From a virus, in the IMG/VR virus record IMGVR_UViG_3300031952_000005, positions 32,001 to 96,000 of that record: 64,000 nt of DNA; one strand, written 5' to 3'. This document shows, piece by piece, positions 1 to 10,200 of this stretch. The number at the start of each line of letters is the position of its first letter. Positions within the stretch are counted from its first letter, which is position 1. Under the pieces are notes generated by a model. The model worked only from the letters and a program-made list of their open reading frames with translations. It was not told the origin of the DNA and did not search any database. Made by a program: the position numbers and the translations under genes.

Positions 1-1258
1 ATTTAGAATAACCACTAATATCACTAGCAGCAGTTGTTGGATATAAAATTAAGTTACTTGGTAAATCTTGTAAAGATATAAAATGTGTGCTACCATTATC
101 ACCATCGTTTATTAATTCTGATGTTTTGGTTACCGTTGTACCCAATGTACCATCACCTTTTACATATTGAGCTGTTGTACCTGCACCTGTTATAGCAAAT
201 GTTCCTGATGAAGTTATAGGAGTAGTAGGTGTAACATTAAATGCTGAAGGTAAAGTTAGTCCAACAGAAGTTACTGTTCCTGAACCTGAAGATATTGTCC
301 AACTTCTATCAGCAGTTAAATCATAAGTAACGCCATTAATAGTTAATGTTCTTGCATTTGTTACAGGAGTATACCCAAGAGCTGTTGTTACATCTGAAGA
401 TGTTATTCCTGTTAAGTATATAGATGTATCAAGAGTGAATACGCCTGCGGCTGTCATTTTTACAAATGGTGTACCGCTAGTCCATGTAGGATAGTTTAAC
501 GCTCCCCAAGTACCTACAGTTGGTATTGTAGGTTTATTTAATATCTGATTGTTACCAGTTGCTGAGTTCCAATTCATAGGTTGTTGAACAATTGGAAATC
601 CTGTACCAATATTTGTCCAATATAGTGTACTAGTAGGTATTATAGAATCGTTACTAGCTATGCATCTGTAAACATCTCCAAGATAATATACAATATCACC
701 TATTACATATTCATTATTTGTTGCTGCTAAGTGGTCTGTTGAAAATGGTAAAGCTGAAAGTATAGTTGGTGGTGGACTTACAATACTTGACCAGTTATAT
801 GACACACCATCTATATTAATTGTATCAAGATCAATAGTTAAATTATGTGCAGCATTTAAATTATCAACTATTTTTATAGTTGCAAATGCATCATTATTTA
901 AATAAAGTGTTCTGTTATTTACAAAATTTGTAGATTGAATATCTGCAGTACTAGTACCACCAAAGTTAGAAATAGCATTTCCCGCATTAACAACTAACTG
1001 TAAAGATTGTTGTGGATTAATATTACTAATAGCATAATCTAATTTTTCAAGTGCTGATAGTACAGTATCATTTGCAGTAATTACGCCTGGAAGAGGTGTA
1101 AAGTTATCAAGTGGTCTATCTAATACTACATCAGAAATAGTTGTACCATCAAATAGTTTAAAATATCCATCTTTTAAATAAAATTTTTTAAAACCAGTTT
1201 GTACACCTCCAGGTGCTCCTGTATAATTAATAACATGTATAGGTGCAATAAATTTCAT
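1..1258 (-). CDS. Tail fibre / virion appendage protein, partial (runs off the left edge; absent from the ORF track)
   Basis: Manual translation from ATG at 1258 (MKFIAPIHVINYTGAPGG...) stays open to position 1. Thr/Gly/Ser-rich, with fibre-type motifs (ITSSDVTTALGYTP, RTLTINGVTYDLTADRSW, GSGTVTSVGL, QYVKGDG) and a CBM5/12-like segment (YVIGDIVYYLGDVYRCIASN...YW). Confidence 0.75.
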   Translation of the reverse strand, partial: MKFIAPIHVINYTGAPGGVQTGFKKFYLKDGYFKLFDGTTISDVVLDRPLDNFTPLPGVITANDTVLSALEKLDYAISNINPQQSLQLVVNAGNAISNFGGTSTADIQSTNFVNNRTLYLNNDAFATIKIVDNLNAAHNLTIDLDTINIDGVSYNWSSIVSPPPTILSALPFSTDHLAATNNEYVIGDIVYYLGDVYRCIASNDSIIPTSTLYWTNIGTGFPIVQQPMNWNSATGNNQILNKPTIPTVGTWGALNYPTWTSGTPFVKMTAAGVFTLDTSIYLTGITSSDVTTALGYTPVTNARTLTINGVTYDLTADRSWTISSGSGTVTSVGLTLPSAFNVTPTTPITSSGTFAITGAGTTAQYVKGDGTLGTTVTKTSELINDGDNGSTHFISLQDLPSNLILYPTTAASDISGYSK

Positions 1259-1272
1259 AGTAAATAATATGT

Positions 1273-1287
1273 TACACTATAATATAC
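1273..1287 (-). promoter_or_regulatory. Putative phage late-promoter motif (GTATATTATAGTGTA, one base shorter than the other copies)
   Basis: Intergenic, just upstream of the ATG at 1258; resembles the motif at 29988, 45501, 52481 and 60332. Confidence 0.4.
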
Positions 1288-1302
1288 AAAATTATATACA
1301 AA

Positions 1303-4300
1303 TTATTGATTACGTTTCATAATATCTATTCTCCAATTTGGATCTGCAATGTCTCTAAAGTTTTTAATACCAGTAAGATCGTAAAAATCTTTCATGATTT
1401 TTGCATCACCTTTCTCGTAACCACCAGCTTGTCTCATGTAGTGAGAATCTTTCCAGATTTCATATTTCCATCCACCATCATCTTCATCTGGTTCTTCTGA
1501 ACCATTAATTATCATTGATAGCATTAAGTTTAACATGTGACTACTTGTTGCCATTATTGCGTTTAACTCTCGAGTGTATGCAGTAAATGTTGTAAAGTTT
1601 TTAATATATTCTTTAGAACCTCCTCCAACAGGAAACATTGAGTTTGTTTCACCTTGCACACCCCATAAAACTCTGATTGCATTACCTTCTAAGAAAGAAA
1701 GTTCTTCATCATCATCATCTTTTTTACGAACATATACTAGTGCCATCATACTTAATACAGTAAATAACGCCATCATTATTGCATCGCGTTTTGCTTGATT
1801 AACTTTTCTACTATAAAAGTCATTCATTTTACTTTTGTTAGAACGCATTATGTGTTTGCTACCTAGTACTACATGTTTTGCAACTTCTCCTGGACCATAG
1901 TATTTTACTGCAGTAGCAAATGCTCTCCAGTATCCAACAGCAACTTCGCCTGCTTCATAGTTAGGTCTAAGATATCCAAATCTATTTAACATCTGAGGTA
2001 TTACATATTTTCTAAAGAAAAATACAAGTTTACCAGTTACAGTTTCTTCAAATGCAGTTTGATCTGATTTAGCATAGTTACCCTGTGCTCTACGCATTTC
2101 AGAATAAATAGTATTTCGCAATCTGTTTTCATCTTCTTGTGTATATTCTACATCAGCACGTCTTACAATAGCACCACTGGTATCTTTAATATATACTTCA
2201 TGTGCAGGTATAACTTCCTCTTCTCCTTCTGCATTCTTTCTGTATACTTTTTGACCATTTGCATCAATATCAAATGTTTTATATTTGTAACGATTTAGTA
2301 TAGCATACATTACTGTTACACCTATTTCAGTGTCACCTTTATCTTGTAATAAATATCCAAGTTCTTGTACATTCATTGCTTTTGCTAATAATCTTCTTGA
2401 GCTGTCACCAGTAACTTCATCAACGTATTTTAGATAATCTTTTTGCATTGGATTAAATAATCTGTACATCATGGTAGATTTACTAATGTCACTAACTCTA
2501 CCCCAGTCACCAAAATAGTTTTTGATAAATGCGTTTTCACCAAGTCCATATACTTGTCCTTTTGCCCACATGTAGTCTTCTTGACTGTAGTGATCACTTT
2601 CTAATCCACCTGCAGCAATGAATGCTTGTACATTACCAGATACGTAGTTCTTAGTCTGGTTAACAACATCAAATCCAATTCTGATAAAACTGGTATACGA
2701 CATTACATTATTTACAATCTTGGTAAGTTTTCTATTAAGATATGTAAGTGACTGATCTTGTGCATTAATAAACTTTCTCCTTTCAAATTTAAGTATAGAA
2801 ACCACATTATCAAGTTCTTTAAGACGTTTGTTCATATCAATAGGTCTACCATCTTTATCTGTTACAACTGCTTTGTTTTGAATAGACTTTTTTAAATCTT
2901 CAGATAGTAATTCTATACCTGCAATAAATATATCTCCTACTGGTGCAATTTCTTGCATTGCAATATTATAATGTGCTTCAGTAGTCCATTTAATTAAACA
3001 TCCTATTGCGTCTTTTGATTGCATGTTCTCAGGAAGTTGATCATTAAATCGCTGTCTAATTCTACCACCATTATCACCAAATGTATTATTTACAGTATCT
3101 TGTACACTATGCGTTTTCCATGCTTTGTCAATGTATTGCTCCCATCTATTTTTTGCACCTTCAATTACACCTTCTCTTGAGAAGTTCTGCATTGTAGTTG
3201 ACGCAAATCCAGGAACCATGTATCCAATTTTTTTACCATCTGTTCTTACTTGCAGGTCAAAAAACATCTTAGTTAGTTTATTATAGAAATTGAACAACTG
3301 TGGATCTTGCATTATGTTCATGTATTTACCACTAATATTTTCTGCTTTATAAGCAGAACGATCAATTTGATACACATCATCAGCATCTTTGTATATACCT
3401 TTTGGCATTGGTATACCATCAGGTGATTTTAAAAAGTCTGGATTATAAGATGATTCCTTAAGTTTTTTGATTTTGTATTTTGGATGAGGCAATGTTTCCA
3501 TAAATTCAGCAGCAGCACTAGGTGCAGGAAGTCTCTGATAGTTAAATGATTTTGCAACCATTCTTTTATAAATGTCTTCTTCAGTATCTAGTATACTTTT
3601 ATACGCTTCTTCATGAGTTAGATTGTACCATTTTTGAAATTCTTTTTCGTGTATGTCAAACTGATTTTCTTGGTCAATAACAGCTTTTGTTGCTTCAGTA
3701 ATTAAAGCAGCATCTTTTAAATCTTTTGCTTTTTCTAATGTTAGTTTTGCATTTACTAGTAATTTCTTAGAACTATACAATGCTTTTATTTTTACATCTC
3801 TTATTCTAAGATATGATTTAGTCAACTGCATTGACGCAATTCTGTTAATCTGTTCTTTTATAGAAGTAGATCTTTGTTTTTCTTCTGGAGTTAACTTACT
3901 CATATCAAAAGTCTTACCTTCAAATATAGACTCAAGTTGTGCTTCTATATCAGCAATGTTTTCAGCATCTTCTTCTGTAACAAATTGTGATTGAAGTATA
4001 CCTGCTACTTTGTGAGGTTTTAATATTTCTGAACGCTGTTTTATTAAATCAGCAACAGCAGAATCAGAACCAAATATTTCTGCGCGTTGTTCGTATAAAT
4101 CTGATAATACAGTGTACCATCCTTTTACCAGTTGACCATTAACTTCTTTGTCAGAAGTAGGAACAGTAACCTGGTTATCTTCAAACCATTTTTTAAGTAA
4201 CTCAGGATGCTCTTGAAACTTTGCAATTGCATCTGCTTTTTTTCTTTCAAAGTATGCTATACTTGTATCAAAATCAAAAAGATTATTAAACTCTTCCATG

Positions 4301-7215
4301 TATACAGCATACTGTGGATTAATCTTTTTTGCTTTGTTTCTTAATACACGAATGTCATCTTCTAATTCTTGCAGTCTATCAAAGTCATTGTCATCAAGTA
4401 ACACTTCATTTCCTTTTCCTACTTGGAATGTAATTTGTTGAATTTCAAAATATTTTTCCTGCAGTTCATTTCTAATGTCTTCAGGCATTAACTCTTGCAG
4501 TTTATAAAATGATTCATTAAATGGTAAAGATGTATTATATATTAACCATCTAATTCTTTCTGTATTAAACGCTTCTTTTTCTTTATACTTGTCAAACAAC
4601 TGTTGTTTAGCAGCATCATGTTCAGGAGTGCCAAATTTAGTATTTACCTCACTTACAAGAACACGTATATCAGCATTTAATTCTCTTAGTTTTGAAGTGT
4701 ATTCTTTATAGGTGTTTTCATATTGCTGACTGTATGGTTTATTAAAAGTAAGATTTCTTCTATCTTCATATTCACCAGTGTCTTTATTGAAAACTTTATA
4801 ATCTCTCCACTCAGATATTGCATCATTTAATTCATCAACAGTAAATCTTTTTAATAACTCATCTCTGTCTTTATCAAATTGCATAACAGCAAGGTCATTT
4901 TGCATATTGTATACAGCACGTGCTTGTCCATTTTTGTACATTTGTGTCATTGCAGATATTGCAAGGTCACTATTAGATGCAGATGCAATACCTTGGTCTA
5001 ATAATAATCCTGAAAATAATGATGTACTATTATAAATATCTTGTGAACCAATGTACACTTGTGAATTTGGATCAGTAACAGCATTAATATATTTCTTTAA
5101 TGCTTCTACGTTAAATTCTATTCCAGTAGTAACATACGCGCGTAAACGTAATAACTCAAGTTCTTTACGTTGTATATTGTCTAGTAGATTTTTATTAGTA
5201 ACATTACCTTTTGTAACTTTTTCTACAAACTCAGGTGATATTAATGATATTAAACTTCCTTTTAATTGCTTGAATAATCCTGCTGCTTTACCAGCTTTCA
5301 TATCCTCTAGTTCTTTTTCTAGTTGTGCAATTTTTGGTAAAAGTGCTTCACGTGTTTGTTTATTTACAGAAGAAAACACTGCTTCACCTGGAGTCATAAG
5401 TATCTTTACACCGTTTAGTAAAAATGCCTCTCTAAAATTAGACTCAATAGTTAAGTGATTTAATTCTAGCCGAGTTAATTTCTGATATACAGGACTGCTT
5501 AATGAAATATTATTTTCTGGATTTTTACTTGCGTCGTTAATAATGTTTTTTAATATTTCAACAATATCGCGTAGACCTTTGGATCTTGAAAATGCTTGAT
5601 GTATTTGTGTAGTATCTGTAGTAAAAAAATCTAGTGTGCCATTTCTAAATGATTTAATTGCTTCTTCTGACAAATCAGATAACTTTTGTAAGTCTTCTTC
5701 AGCAGCTGCTAGTATATTAAAAAAGTTATTTTGATATGCTTTATCTGTATTAGATGACTTTTCAACATACTGATTAAACGTTGTAAGAGTTTGTCTTCTT
5801 GTTGCAAGTAACTCGCGTAATGGTGTAGTGTTCTTACCTTGAGAATCTAACTCGTTAATTCTATTACGAATTTCTTCAATCTGTTGTTTATACGCTTCTT
5901 TTAATGCATCCATTATTCTCTGGTTTTCTTCTGCAGTAGGAGTAAACTCTAGAGTCTGAAAGTTTTTTAAAAGTTTATCTTCAACTTCTTTGTTACCAAT
6001 TGGTATTTCTTTATCGATGGCATCACGATATTCTTTTAATCTTCTAGCAGTTTCTAGTGGTTGTGTAACCCAGAATCCTGTAGTATTAGATGGAGTTACT
6101 GCGTATGTTGCATAGTCCCAGTAGTTATTACCTTGAAATATATGTAAAACCTCGCCTAAGAATTTGTTGTTAGCATCTGTCTGATACATAAGAGCAACAA
6201 TCTTACTTTCTTCTGTAACAAGTCCTATTTGACCAAGCATGTTTTCATATGCTTTTAACTGCAGTGTCCAGTTATCGTATGCTGTTCTATTTAAATTTAC
6301 ATTTTCTAATTCACCAGCCATTCCTTTCTGACCTTTTACAAGATAAGAAGTATTAGCAAGATTTTCAAATGCTCTATCTCTATCTACTTCAACACCAAAT
6401 GGTGTAACAGTGACCATGTTGTGAACTTTTTTAGTCTTAAAGTCAAACACTTTTACTTTACCAGAGTTACTGATAAGAAGTAAATCTAAACGACCAACTA
6501 CAAAGTTACCATTAGCATCTTTACCAGCAAGTGTAATTTCAGGTAATATAATATAACCTTCATCTTTGTTTATAGATACATGTTTTGCAACGCGTGTTGC
6601 CATGTCAAATATCTTTTCTTTAGATAGTTCTTCAATATAAAATGGAGTTCTTTCTAAATACTTCTTGTATGTTTCATCAAAAAATTCTTCAGTAAGTACA
6701 ACTTCAATACTTGAGTTTTTCTTTAATGCTTCTATCTGTGCTTTCTCTAACACATTATGCATAAATGTACCAAACAATTTAAATGCTTCATACTTTAAAG
6801 GATCACCTTTAAACTCAGAAGAACCAATAAATGATGTTACAGAATAAGAAGGTAGTGTATTTCGACCATCTTTGCGTAATTCAATATTCTTTTCTAGAAA
6901 CGCTTGATAGTCTCTGTTGTTTTGCATTAACTTGCCAATTGCCTCACGTTGTGCATTGTTTGCAAATAAACTAATATTTGCTAGAGTAGCTGCTTGTTCT
7001 TTAGTTCTTTCCAGTTTAAATTCATCAGAGTGTCGAACATGTCGCTCATCAGTTTCTTCAACTTTCATACCAGCAATAAGAGCTTTTGCTTCATCAACTG
7101 ATGGAATAATATCTTGATTTAATGTAACAGCAGTTCTTGCAAGAGCTTCATTACCTTCAAATGCAGCAACAAGTGCTTTGAACATTGGATCATTTATGTT
7201 AATACAATTTGTCAT
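1303..7215 (-). CDS. Giant virion ejection (polyvalent) protein, 1970 aa, N-terminal PD-(D/E)XK nuclease domain and C-terminal transmembrane helix
   Basis: RecB-like motifs GTFMHNVLE...PEITL...GRLDLLL...VFDFKTK...QLKAYENML; long helical middle; hydrophobic AIMMALFTVLSMMALVYV followed by RKKDDDDEE; directly downstream of the virion RNAP gene as in crAss-like phages. Confidence 0.75.
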   Translation of the reverse strand: MTNCININDPMFKALVAAFEGNEALARTAVTLNQDIIPSVDEAKALIAGMKVEETDERHVRHSDEFKLERTKEQAATLANISLFANNAQREAIGKLMQNNRDYQAFLEKNIELRKDGRNTLPSYSVTSFIGSSEFKGDPLKYEAFKLFGTFMHNVLEKAQIEALKKNSSIEVVLTEEFFDETYKKYLERTPFYIEELSKEKIFDMATRVAKHVSINKDEGYIILPEITLAGKDANGNFVVGRLDLLLISNSGKVKVFDFKTKKVHNMVTVTPFGVEVDRDRAFENLANTSYLVKGQKGMAGELENVNLNRTAYDNWTLQLKAYENMLGQIGLVTEESKIVALMYQTDANNKFLGEVLHIFQGNNYWDYATYAVTPSNTTGFWVTQPLETARRLKEYRDAIDKEIPIGNKEVEDKLLKNFQTLEFTPTAEENQRIMDALKEAYKQQIEEIRNRINELDSQGKNTTPLRELLATRRQTLTTFNQYVEKSSNTDKAYQNNFFNILAAAEEDLQKLSDLSEEAIKSFRNGTLDFFTTDTTQIHQAFSRSKGLRDIVEILKNIINDASKNPENNISLSSPVYQKLTRLELNHLTIESNFREAFLLNGVKILMTPGEAVFSSVNKQTREALLPKIAQLEKELEDMKAGKAAGLFKQLKGSLISLISPEFVEKVTKGNVTNKNLLDNIQRKELELLRLRAYVTTGIEFNVEALKKYINAVTDPNSQVYIGSQDIYNSTSLFSGLLLDQGIASASNSDLAISAMTQMYKNGQARAVYNMQNDLAVMQFDKDRDELLKRFTVDELNDAISEWRDYKVFNKDTGEYEDRRNLTFNKPYSQQYENTYKEYTSKLRELNADIRVLVSEVNTKFGTPEHDAAKQQLFDKYKEKEAFNTERIRWLIYNTSLPFNESFYKLQELMPEDIRNELQEKYFEIQQITFQVGKGNEVLLDDNDFDRLQELEDDIRVLRNKAKKINPQYAVYMEEFNNLFDFDTSIAYFERKKADAIAKFQEHPELLKKWFEDNQVTVPTSDKEVNGQLVKGWYTVLSDLYEQRAEIFGSDSAVADLIKQRSEILKPHKVAGILQSQFVTEEDAENIADIEAQLESIFEGKTFDMSKLTPEEKQRSTSIKEQINRIASMQLTKSYLRIRDVKIKALYSSKKLLVNAKLTLEKAKDLKDAALITEATKAVIDQENQFDIHEKEFQKWYNLTHEEAYKSILDTEEDIYKRMVAKSFNYQRLPAPSAAAEFMETLPHPKYKIKKLKESSYNPDFLKSPDGIPMPKGIYKDADDVYQIDRSAYKAENISGKYMNIMQDPQLFNFYNKLTKMFFDLQVRTDGKKIGYMVPGFASTTMQNFSREGVIEGAKNRWEQYIDKAWKTHSVQDTVNNTFGDNGGRIRQRFNDQLPENMQSKDAIGCLIKWTTEAHYNIAMQEIAPVGDIFIAGIELLSEDLKKSIQNKAVVTDKDGRPIDMNKRLKELDNVVSILKFERRKFINAQDQSLTYLNRKLTKIVNNVMSYTSFIRIGFDVVNQTKNYVSGNVQAFIAAGGLESDHYSQEDYMWAKGQVYGLGENAFIKNYFGDWGRVSDISKSTMMYRLFNPMQKDYLKYVDEVTGDSSRRLLAKAMNVQELGYLLQDKGDTEIGVTVMYAILNRYKYKTFDIDANGQKVYRKNAEGEEEVIPAHEVYIKDTSGAIVRRADVEYTQEDENRLRNTIYSEMRRAQGNYAKSDQTAFEETVTGKLVFFFRKYVIPQMLNRFGYLRPNYEAGEVAVGYWRAFATAVKYYGPGEVAKHVVLGSKHIMRSNKSKMNDFYSRKVNQAKRDAIMMALFTVLSMMALVYVRKKDDDDEELSFLEGNAIRVLWGVQGETNSMFPVGGGSKEYIKNFTTFTAYTRELNAIMATSSHMLNLMLSMIINGSEEPDEDDGGWKYEIWKDSHYMRQAGGYEKGDAKIMKDFYDLTGIKNFRDIADPNWRIDIMKRNQ

Positions 7216-7218
7216 ATC

Positions 7219-10200
7219 TTATAAACATTTAAGTTTTTCTATAATTTCTTGATTTGTCATTCCTGTTGTTTTCAAATTAGCAGCATAAGCAGCAAACTCA
7301 GTAGAGTAAGTATCAAATGATTTACCAGTAGCACTCTGATCATAAAAATATTTTACCATATCAAAGGTAACATTAATATTCTGAATATCTAAATCCAATT
7401 TTGATGGTGTAGTTGTTTCAAAATAATCAACATAATAATCAGTAGGATCACTTTTTAAAGTTTCTAATGATGTTTTTAAGTTGTTTATTTTAGTTATAAT
7501 ATTTTGTTTTTCTGCAGCATTAACAGCTTTAAAAACAAAGTTATCTACAGAACCTGTTTTTGTGTAACCATCTTTATCTATTTTAATAGTGTATTCTTTA
7601 TTTTTAGCTGCTCTACCTTTTACAATTGCATAATCAGTATATCTTTCAATTTCTAAAACTTTAATTTTATATTCAGAAGAATTATCATCATTGTAAACTG
7701 TAAGAATGCTACCCACAGTAGTTTCAGTTGCTCCTGTAAGTTGTTGTCTTAATGATTCAAGTTCTTTATTAATTTTTTCATTATTAGATTTAACAGTATT
7801 ATATTTTTCTTCAGCTTTTAAAAAATTATACGCTTGTTTAATAGTGTCAAAATCTTTTTGTTCAATTTTATCTTGTAGACTTCTTAATGAAACACCTTGT
7901 TTTAATTGATCTATTGTATATTCTTTAAAAATGCTTTCTAAAGTTAAAATAACAGGTGTTTTAGGTTTAACAGAATAATCTTCAAACATGTCTGCAGTTA
8001 AACCTTGAGTCATTTCTTCTGCAACATCTACTTCTGACACATCAAGTCTTGCTTTTTTATTAACCAAACTTGTGTAGCGTTTTGATTCTGCAACACTGAA
8101 TCCAATAGGACTTATTGTATTTACTGCAAGTTCCATTGGAAGTGCCACATATTTTGCAGCATTACCTACTGTTTTAAATTCACCAGTACCAGATATTGAA
8201 TTGATAACAGATTTACCAAAACTTTGATTATAAATTTGACTGTCTACACCTTGTAACAAAAATGTAGTTTTACCCATTCTTAACATAATAGGAAACTTGT
8301 ACTTGTTCTTTTCATCTTTGTCTTTAAAGATATTTAGTTTTTCACCAATTGCTGCAATAGCACCACTTGTTGTTTCTTCCATCTCATTAGCACCTTTCAT
8401 GTTAATGATAATTTCTTCAAGTTTTTGATCAGCTCCAAATATAGTATCTGTTAGTAAGAAAGATTTTTGTGTTGGACTTAGTGTAAGACCTAATACTTTA
8501 CCAACTATTTCATTTGCAATTGCTGTACGTTCATTAACATCAGTAGTTTTAAAATTAATATTTTTCATAAGTTTAGAAGAAAACCCTTCTGACTGATTGA
8601 ATGAAATAGTATTACTCTTTTTATTAGATGTAGATTTTATCTTTTTATTACCAACTTCTTTTGATGCACCATATGCCATCAGTACAAACAAGTCATCAAA
8701 TAACTTGTACACATCTTCTTGTGTAGCAGGATTGTCAGGAGTACTAATGTAATCTTGTATTGCATCAACTAATTCTTTTTTATTACCTTGTGCATTATCG
8801 AGTATTTTAATAAACTCTTCTATGTTTTTAGATAATGGTATTTGTAAATCTGCTGGCAAATACTGTAAGAATGAACCTGATTTATATTGCAAACCTGTTC
8901 TAGCAAGTTCATGATAAAATAATTTTTTCATAAACAAGTTCTCTTGTTGCAATAAGAAATAAGCATCATCAGCTATGTTATCAGCTAACTCACCAGCAAT
9001 CTTTGCTTTACTTACCATCTCTAAAGTTTTTTCTTGAATGTTTTCTCCATCAGTAGTAAGTACTGTTGATTTACTATTAGACACTTTTAAGAACTGTAAA
9101 AACCTATTTTCAGGATATTCAGTCTTCATTGCATCTAGTTCTTTCTCAATTGAATTTGTAAACCATTGATCTGCTTTAAATGTATTAATTAAGTTTTTAT
9201 CATCTTCATCAAAACTTGCTTGCATAGATGGATTAGTACTTTTTCTACTACCAGGTACAGATATCTGATACTTACGTATAGCAATAAAACTTGTAATAAG
9301 TCTTGCAATATTTGATGAGTCTGTATATACAGTTTCAAATGCATTTTTAATTGGTTGAAAGAAAAGAGTTCTTTCTAAAAATATTTTACCTGCTTGTTCA
9401 TCTAAATCATTCATTGCATCTGCTAATGGAACCCATGCTTGTTTACCATCAAATAATTTATCACTTGATTCTTTAGTAAACATAGACTCACCATTACGTA
9501 GTTCATTGATACTTCTTTGTAATTTATCAAATGATATAAAAGTTGGATTAATTTTCTTATACAAGTTTACTAATGAACCTGCGTTTCTAATACCCCATGT
9601 TTGCTGTGTTTGTTCTTTATATAACTGTAATAATATTACTTTCTGTGCTTCATTAGATAATAGAGTAGTTACACCTTTTATATGAGAAGATACAGTAAAT
9701 CCAATATCTTCAACAGTAAGGGTGTTACTTTCTAGTCTACTTTCATTAAGAGCATTCTGTTGAAAATCAATCATCAAGTTTTCCTTGTTGATTTTAACAT
9801 TACCAGGAAATGAATCTTGTGTAATTAATCCTGCATCTTTTAGTTCATTTAATAATGCTGCATTACCATTGTTTTTGATAAAGTCTTCCATTTCAGTTTT
9901 TAACTCATTAGTCAAAAACTTGAACTCAGTTGATATAGAGTCACTTACTGCAAAACGAGATGCTTGTACTTTATTAATTGCATTGTTAATTTCTGGAATA
10001 AAGTTAAATCCAAATGCAAATGCGGGATCTAATCCAATACCTATCATTGCAAGAGTAACTCCTGTATTTATTTCATTCATTCCAAGTGCTGCTGGAATAG
10101 GTTTTTTCATACCATCTGCAGCAATACCTAATACAACACCATTTAACATGATTACTCGTTGTCCATTTTTGTTTATTACACCAAATTTAAAAAGATTATT

